Shown one piece after another: positions 41,561 through 47,964 of a DNA stretch of 47,964 nucleotides. Made by a program: the position numbers and the translations under genes. Position 1 is the first letter of the stretch; each line of letters begins with the position of its first letter. Source of the DNA: Barthelona sp. PAP020 (Eukaryota); the NCBI GenBank assembly GCA_040182905.1, contig JARQWU010000049.1, forward strand, positions 1 through 47,964, in the 5' to 3' direction. The notes beneath the pieces were generated by a model. That model ran no database searches. It saw only the letters and a program-made list of their open reading frames with translations, and had not been told where the DNA came from.

Positions 41561-43654
41561 ATGTTCACCTTCGAAGAAAACCAAGGATCACACGAACTTA
41601 AACAACGTGCAAAGAAACGCAAAAAGATGGTTGAAGAACCAGAAGAAGATGCTTTTGAAAAATTAGATAATTTTTTGAAATCAAATGACATCAATATACC
41701 TGGAAGTGAGTTTGAAATAGTAGAAAGTAACTTCAGAATAGGTGTATTTGGGCTCTTACATCTTGCCAAAAGACATGGAAAGATTGAAGTTTTGAAAGTA
41801 TTTGTTGATAATGTTGAAAAAACTGCTGATGCTGAACTCACCAGAGAATGCTTTCCCATGGTTTTAAATCACCCCTTTATTCGTCAGGTGTTTGGAGTTA
41901 CTGAGATTGAGAATAAAAAGGCCGTTGTAATGGAGTATTGTGATGCGGATCTGGAGGAAATGTTACCAGAGTTGTCTTTGAAGGAAAAGTTGGTTATTAT
42001 GATGCAGGTTTCATCTGCGCTTGAGTTTTGTCATGAGAAAGGCGTTATGCATAGGGATCTTAAGCCAAACAATGTGTTGTTGAGACGTGGAGCAGATGGG
42101 GTTTATACACCTGCAATTGCTAATTTTGGGCTTGTTCGTGATACGGGTAGGAGCTCCGCCAATTCGATGATGGGAGCTGGAAGATATGCTGCTCCTGAGT
42201 TAGCCAATGAAGAGGAGAATATAATAGGAATGGCTGTTGACTCCTGGTCATTTGGTGTTATGTTGGCTCAGGTGGTGTCTGGTTTTCTTCCTTTTGAAGG
42301 GTTAAGTGAGTTGAAAGTCATAGCAAAATTGATCAAGGGTCAACTTCCATATGGCAAGGAATTGTTGGATACAATACCTGGGTTTGGAATCATCAAGAGA
42401 TGTTTGGCTGTTGAAGCAGATGCCAGGCCAACGTTTAGCGAGATCACTGAGTATTTACAGATGCTGATTGAGCGTTTTGAGGGGTTGGGATTCGACGAGA
42501 AGAGGTTGGTGAAGGAGAATGCTGTGTTGAAGGAGGAAAAAAACAGTTGGCTTTTGGAAAAACGGATGAATGAAAATAAAGAATTGGTCAATCAAGCAGA
42601 CAATTTTATGGAAGAAAAAAGAAACTGGATAAATAAAAACCAAGAATTAACAAATCAAGTCGATCATTTGACAAGCCAATTGAATGAGCTTTTGGACAAC
42701 AGTAATGGACAACACCCTGTTGGAAATAGAAAGCAAATTGTTCGAGAAGTCGAAATATTTGGAGAAAGGCCTGCGTTCAGTGAAGATTTTCCTGACAATG
42801 ACGTTTTTGCCCTTGATTACAGCCCTGATGGACGCTTTTTTGCGGTTGCAGGATTTGATAGTAGATTATTCAAAGTGTATAACGCTGAAACACATGAAAT
42901 TGTGCATGAAGGGAAGTATGTAAAGGCTGTTGGTCTCAATTTCAGTCCCTACTCCAAACTATTGGCTGTTGGTGGTATTGGTCCAACAATTCATATCATT
43001 GAGGTTGATACTTGGAGAACAGTAAGAGTGATTAGGGGCATGGCTACGAATATAACATGTGTGTGGTTCTCATTAGATAGCAAATTGCTTTCTTTTGGTA
43101 TGGATAATGGTTACATTGCCATATACACGGTCGAAGGACAGAAGTTGCATGAATCTCGAGCTCATGAAAAATATATTGAATCTGTACGTATCAGCCCCGA
43201 TATGAAGTACTTTGCTTCTGTCAGCGAGGATGGATGTTCAAAGTTGTTTTCATTGGAGACGTATGAAGAGCTTCACACGTGGAGTCATGATGGAAAGCAG
43301 GTCAAATCAGGCAACTTTTCACCAGATGGTGATTATTGGGCGACAGGTGATGAAGATGGTATAATCAGGATATTTCATGTTGAATCTAGAGAGTTGTTGG
43401 GAAAGTACAAGGTTCATGATAGGTGGATATTCTCAATCATCTTCTCCCAAGATGGTTCATTGATCTATTCTGGTTCACATGACAAATCACTTGCTGTGAT
43501 TCAAATAGAAACGGGTCAAATGTTGCAGAAAGTGAAAGTACCTTTTAATATTTATACTATGGCTCTCAACCATGATGGAACTCGTTTGTTGTGCAGTGGT
43601 AGCAATTATCAAAGTAATGTCCCAATCCAAGAGTTCATTGCTTCAGACCTGTAA
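41561..43654 (+). CDS. NLS-protein kinase (NFG variant)-coiled coil-WD40 protein, 697 aa
   Basis: True start ATG 41561 (same MFTFEENQGSHEL as the paralog). Kinase motifs IGVFG, EVLK, HRDLKPNN, IANFG, YAAPE, DSWSFGV, RPTF; E/N/K coiled coil; ~7 WD40 repeats. Confidence 0.93.
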   Translation: MFTFEENQGSHELKQRAKKRKKMVEEPEEDAFEKLDNFLKSNDINIPGSEFEIVESNFRIGVFGLLHLAKRHGKIEVLKVFVDNVEKTADAELTRECFPMVLNHPFIRQVFGVTEIENKKAVVMEYCDADLEEMLPELSLKEKLVIMMQVSSALEFCHEKGVMHRDLKPNNVLLRRGADGVYTPAIANFGLVRDTGRSSANSMMGAGRYAAPELANEEENIIGMAVDSWSFGVMLAQVVSGFLPFEGLSELKVIAKLIKGQLPYGKELLDTIPGFGIIKRCLAVEADARPTFSEITEYLQMLIERFEGLGFDEKRLVKENAVLKEEKNSWLLEKRMNENKELVNQADNFMEEKRNWINKNQELTNQVDHLTSQLNELLDNSNGQHPVGNRKQIVREVEIFGERPAFSEDFPDNDVFALDYSPDGRFFAVAGFDSRLFKVYNAETHEIVHEGKYVKAVGLNFSPYSKLLAVGGIGPTIHIIEVDTWRTVRVIRGMATNITCVWFSLDSKLLSFGMDNGYIAIYTVEGQKLHESRAHEKYIESVRISPDMKYFASVSEDGCSKLFSLETYEELHTWSHDGKQVKSGNFSPDGDYWATGDEDGIIRIFHVESRELLGKYKVHDRWIFSIIFSQDGSLIYSGSHDKSLAVIQIETGQMLQKVKVPFNIYTMALNHDGTRLLCSGSNYQSNVPIQEFIASDL

Positions 43655-43950
43655 AACTCCACATTGCATTTTTCACTTACCTCCCACGATTACATGTTCA
43701 TCTGGCTTCTCAGGTTCCACAACTTGTAAATTTAAAACACATTTTCATTTCATTATTTAATTTATTTTCATACTGTTTTTCAACCACATAAGTCACTCCA
43801 CATACAACAACAACATCAATCAATCAACTGAATAAGACCAAAACGATTGAAAGATTTGAGAAATTCAAGATTTGCAGGGATTGAAAACACTATAATCAAA
43901 CAGATGCTATCAATTTTTTTGATCAAGAAATATAAAACAAACCTCATTTA

Positions 43951-46338
43951 TCATATTGAAGAATTGCAGTCAGAAACATGTTCTGCACAATAAAAAGACT
44001 GTTTCATTGCTTTTTTATTGCAAAAAGCACCGTCAAATCGAGTGGCCATGCATCTAGCATCAATTTTTAACTTAGCACAAACTTCAAGATATGAAGAAGT
44101 TTTTAAAAGGTGAGAACAACTTCTACAAACAATTGCTTTGTTTTCAACATGACAATTTTCATCATTTAATACCAAAGATGATATACACCAACTGTTCCTT
44201 CCTTTTGTTTTACAAATCTTTCTATAATCATTGTAAAAAACCTTGACTCCACAAACAAAACAATACGATATATCAGCATCTGGATTTATTTTTCTATGGA
44301 TAGTACTTGAATAAGTCAAACATATGTATCGAGTTTTACAGCGATTGAAGATGTAACGCTGCATTAAATTGGATAAATTGAGAGCTCTTGGATTTGGAGG
44401 ACTCAAAATTGGAACTGGTCCCAATAGACTATCAACAAAAGAAATAAACCTTTCTGCATAATGTCGAGGATTTACAGCTGAAATAGTATCACCATCAGTG
44501 TATACAGATCTGAAAAAATGTTCAATCGACTTTTTTGTTCCCCAAACAGTTGTGATATCTATGATGCCAAAGTAATATACCTCATCACCTGCATCAAACG
44601 GAACATCCGCCTTTGTTGAAGCAATTGTTTGTTGAGCATTTATAGATTCTCTCAGTTTGTACAAGGGATTGTGTGAACTGATGCTAGGCAGCCTTTCACC
44701 ATTTGTCAGATAAGAGCCAACATCATCTTTGGAATCAATTCGTAGCAACGGATACTCCATCGACATTGTAGTTCGAGGAACAAACTTTAAACGATCATCA
44801 ATAATGATGTGCTTGGGAAATACTTGACTCACTCTTCTACCATCTATAGAAGTGGATGTAACAAAGGAAGAAGTAGTTTCAGAAATTTGCTTTTCAGAAG
44901 TATTTAAATTTGAATGTTGGCCAGTATTTTTGCCTGCATAATATTTTTCACATCTTTCAACTCCACAAACCAAAGCAGATAATTCGATCTCTTCATTTTT
45001 CGATTCTGTTTTATTTCTTTTCTTTTCATTTTCAGTCAATTGTTCAAAGACTAAATCATCACTGTCCTTGGAATTTTCTAAAGATGCGCTCTCTATCGAT
45101 GGTGTCAAAACGCAGTTAGTTGAAACAGGGGAAGTAACAGGTGATAATGTTTCACATGTAACAAATGTTGTATCGTAATCAAAATCAAACAATTCCACTT
45201 CGTCATCTCCAACAAACGCAGTGTTCTTATTGCCACGTAATGGACTCAATGGTGCATTAATTGCGTCAATTCCATTGAATGACCCCAAGACATCATCGGA
45301 AACTGAAGAAAAACCCCCATTTTCCATTTGAAACAGAGAAACCAAATGTCCTTTGGGTCCTTGAATGGCGGGAGTCATGATACCTCCAGCTATAACTGCT
45401 GGAGTCAATTTTGGCAGTGGGGGACCAGAATTCCAAGCATCAATAAGTTCATTTATGTGTTTCTCATACTTTAGAGGAATTGATTGGTTCTTCTTATGTA
45501 TTCCAATAAGTAGGCTATAATCCATCACATCGATAGACGCTAAAAAATTCGCATCAATCTTAAGTTGATCCAAAAACACATGCTGCTTAGGTCCCAACAG
45601 TATACTATTGGGTCCTCGTAATTCCAAATAGTTTAAATCCTTTAAAGTAGAGGTTTCCAAATCAACCTTGTCGTTTGGAATCTTACGACCATGTGTGGAC
45701 CCCTTTATGTCATACTGTTCATGAATATATAGTGGAGTATCGAATACATTCCCCATAACCACAAAATATGTTCGTTTACCATTATCTTTATTCTCGGTAC
45801 GATGTAGACCATAGAAACGACATAGTAAGGTGTTAGGAAACGAACAAATATGTTGATAATACTCAAAAAGAAACTCTCTAATAACATTGAGTTCGTCATG
45901 GGTAATAGTCTTGATACAATAACTTCCATCAGCAGAAAAATAGAATTTGCATCCAGATTTACCAGAAGATACATTTTCAAACAGATAATTGAAGTCACAA
46001 ATACTGTTTATGTAAAGTTCATTATCAACACCAAATTTTTCTCGTATCCTCATAAAAGCAACAGGAGAATAATCTTTGAACAAAAATTCTGGCATTTTAG
46101 GACCTAAAAGTGGTATATTACTTCTTATAACATCAGTAAAATGATGAGATTGCAAATCATTACCATCATCCATTTTTTCAATGCTTCTTATTGTCATTTC
46201 AATTCCTAAAACCATGTTCATCACATGAAAATTTGTTTCATTTTGACCCATCTGAGTTCCAATAACTCTTCTTAATAATCTTTGTGTGTCTAAATAATCG
46301 CTGGGATCTAATTCTATTTTCGTTTGAATAGGCACCAT
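43951..46338 (-). CDS. PIP5K: Phosphatidylinositol-4-phosphate 5-kinase (type I/Mss4-like) with C-terminal Cys-rich domain
   Basis: FKDYSP, SSGKSGCKFYFSADG, IKTI, YDIKGS, LKDLNY, MDYSLLIG, YYFGIIDI, KKSIEH (Glu as in type I activation loops), ISAVNPRHYAERF. Confidence 0.95.
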   Translation of the reverse strand: MVPIQTKIELDPSDYLDTQRLLRRVIGTQMGQNETNFHVMNMVLGIEMTIRSIEKMDDGNDLQSHHFTDVIRSNIPLLGPKMPEFLFKDYSPVAFMRIREKFGVDNELYINSICDFNYLFENVSSGKSGCKFYFSADGSYCIKTITHDELNVIREFLFEYYQHICSFPNTLLCRFYGLHRTENKDNGKRTYFVVMGNVFDTPLYIHEQYDIKGSTHGRKIPNDKVDLETSTLKDLNYLELRGPNSILLGPKQHVFLDQLKIDANFLASIDVMDYSLLIGIHKKNQSIPLKYEKHINELIDAWNSGPPLPKLTPAVIAGGIMTPAIQGPKGHLVSLFQMENGGFSSVSDDVLGSFNGIDAINAPLSPLRGNKNTAFVGDDEVELFDFDYDTTFVTCETLSPVTSPVSTNCVLTPSIESASLENSKDSDDLVFEQLTENEKKRNKTESKNEEIELSALVCGVERCEKYYAGKNTGQHSNLNTSEKQISETTSSFVTSTSIDGRRVSQVFPKHIIIDDRLKFVPRTTMSMEYPLLRIDSKDDVGSYLTNGERLPSISSHNPLYKLRESINAQQTIASTKADVPFDAGDEVYYFGIIDITTVWGTKKSIEHFFRSVYTDGDTISAVNPRHYAERFISFVDSLLGPVPILSPPNPRALNLSNLMQRYIFNRCKTRYICLTYSSTIHRKINPDADISYCFVCGVKVFYNDYRKICKTKGRNSWCISSLVLNDENCHVENKAIVCRSCSHLLKTSSYLEVCAKLKIDARCMATRFDGAFCNKKAMKQSFYCAEHVSDCNSSI

Positions 46339-46812
46339 CTTATTATTTTTTAATTGGTGTCAAAATATCACATGGGTGTGAATAATAATATTATTAATGC
46401 ATGTTTTAATTTTAACACAAAATTTTTTAAATACTGTTGTTGATTCCTTTACACTATTTAATACATTTCTTTTATAAATTGAATTGAAATAGATTGACAA
46501 ATTATTCAGTCCCAAAATTCTTTGCAAATCTGCATCCAAATTCTTCGCTTTGCCTTGTTTCCACCGAGAATTAAACTTTGCAGTTAATTACTCTAACTTT
46601 CTATCATTCAAATAAATTGAAAGAAAATTAGCTGGAATGAGAAAATGGGAAATACCTGAAAATTTGCAAATGAAATTAACATCTCAAATAAGTGTTTTCT
46701 GTTAAAACCTTGTTTTAAAATTCTTCTTTATTGATAGTAGTAGAGTTTTTCAAAAATCAAAAATAATTAATACTTGGGTTCTAGAAAAGAAAAAAGAAAG
46801 TTAAATATATAT

Positions 46813-47355
46813 TTACAAAATAACTGCATCATGTGTGGGCAATTGAGTGAAATTATTGCTCATAATCGTAATTTCAGGTTCTTTTTTTCTTCTTCTTTTG
46901 CATAAAAGTATAGAAGCAATAATAATTCCAATTAGACCAATAATTTCACACACAAAATAACAGATTTGATTTGAATATAAACCAAGTTTCAACCAAGAAA
47001 TCTGATTGAAAAAGAAAACTGAACCATTATTTGACATTGAAAAGCCAATCATGGGGAAACAAATAAAATCTAATATCCAATGAATTACAACTTGACCTCC
47101 AGTAACAAATGATGCAATGTTACTACCTTTTTGAATTTTTTTATGGTAAAATGCAATTATTAATCCATAAATTATATTCATAATTAATCCATGACTGATA
47201 TAAAAGAAGGTGAGTTGTGAATTGTAGTCAGTAACGAAATTGGAAGGTAAAAAGAGAATATCAGGAAGCATTGAACAAATAAGCATTGCAATGATTGGAG
47301 CATCTTCAACTTTTAATGCACAAAACAAAGCAACGGCAAAATGAGGGAAAAACAT
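46813..47355 (-). CDS. Membrane-bound metal-dependent hydrolase (YdjM-like, bacterial-type)
   Basis: MFFPHFAVA...SMLPDIL...ISHGL...IHWILDFI reproduces the H / PD / SH / HxxxD ligand pattern of this prokaryotic membrane family; first ATG at 47355. Confidence 0.7.
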   Translation of the reverse strand: MFFPHFAVALFCALKVEDAPIIAMLICSMLPDILFLPSNFVTDYNSQLTFFYISHGLIMNIIYGLIIAFYHKKIQKGSNIASFVTGGQVVIHWILDFICFPMIGFSMSNNGSVFFFNQISWLKLGLYSNQICYFVCEIIGLIGIIIASILLCKRRRKKEPEITIMSNNFTQLPTHDAVIL

Positions 47356-47964
47356 GGAAAAAAAATATTTGTTTGAATCATGCGATGCTATTAATTTTCT
47401 CAATTTTGGTGGGGTTTCATGTTTTATTTAATGTTATAATTGCTGATGTTTTAAAAATTTTCCAATAGTTTAAGTATTTAGAATATTTGCCCCAAATCGA
47501 ATGGTATATTTTTCACTTGCCTGAAATGCATTCTTCATATTTATTTTATTTCAAATATTATCAACCTTTTTGCAAAAATTGAACAAAAAACTGATAATTG
47601 TTTCTGTGAATGATTGTGAAAAAATTTTTTTTTTTTTCTGTTGTTCTTCACAGTCAAAATTGCAGTAATCGAATACAGTTGATATTTAAAATCTGATGAC
47701 CTTGTTTTAGAAAATTTTGTTCCACCACCTGATATCCAACAAAATGGGTTTAAAACTTTTGAGATTTTGAGAACCGTTAAAGAAAATAACCATTTAAATG
47801 GGAAGAAATAAAATGACATTTATTTGCAAAATGATTGTTGTTTATGAAATTTTTCATCATGTGTAAAGCTTTGCATGTTTGCAATCTAGTTTTTTATTTG
47901 TTTAAATGTGGAAAATAAGAAAAATATGAATTGAACCAAACGGTTACTTTTCACCTTCAGAGGT

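Noticed and set aside
41627..42658. Kinase segment as an intron or alternative exon explaining the short paralog
   Set aside because: The boundaries are not GT-AG in frame (the nearest pair, 41630-42659, is 1030 nt and would frameshift), and the short form is a separate genomic copy.
39224..43654. Diversity-generating retroelement (14449-14628 as template repeat for the WD40 C-termini)
   Set aside because: Differences are not confined to adenines, are spread over all blades, and no reverse transcriptase is present in the window.
1..47964. Alternative genetic code (TAA/TAG read as Gln, as in hexamitid diplomonads or ciliates)
   Set aside because: Conserved proteins end at the expected positions with TAA (PFL, OSTC), TAG (AAGAB) and TGA (FANCM), and multi-kb ORFs have no in-frame stops.
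46480..47964. Short peptide-like frames at ~46460-46590 (-) and ~47680-47810 (+), and ORF 47541-47819
   Set aside because: No start or splice solution and no recognisable homology; insufficient support.

Overview
AT-rich, very gene-dense, intron-poor eukaryotic DNA in the standard genetic code. It most likely comes from an anaerobic flagellated protist: it carries the axonemal genes SPAG6/PF16 and ROPN1L/RSP11, a pyruvate formate-lyase, and tiny 37-39 nt GT-AG introns. A metamonad-like lineage is my inference, not something the sequence establishes. About 25 protein genes are supported: SPAG6 (partial), NRK, PFL, a cyclin-like protein, an AmmeMemoRadiSam-type radical SAM enzyme, UBE2J/Ubc6, CCA-adding enzyme, OSTC, a RING protein, RasGEF, AAGAB, PDCD5, FANCM/Hef, a degenerate transmembrane cyclase-like protein, PP2A B56, RSP11, PIP5K, a bacterial-type membrane hydrolase and several unknowns. 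The most striking structure is a dispersed cassette family in three copies. One encodes NLS-kinase-coiled coil-WD40, one is an exact in-frame kinase-less version, and one is a tail-only remnant 25 kb away. All three share non-coding 5' and 3' modules, a tandem/foldback repeat lies next to the first intact copy, and amino-acid differences cluster at the predicted WD40 top (ligand-binding) face, suggesting a diversifying receptor family. Other leads are a prokaryote-type AmrS radical SAM gene 1.3 kb from PFL, a FANCM with an intact ERCC4 nuclease motif, a PIP5K with an HNH-like zinc tail, and a candidate TGTAAA poly(A) signal. All family assignments come from motif recognition by eye; no searches were run.
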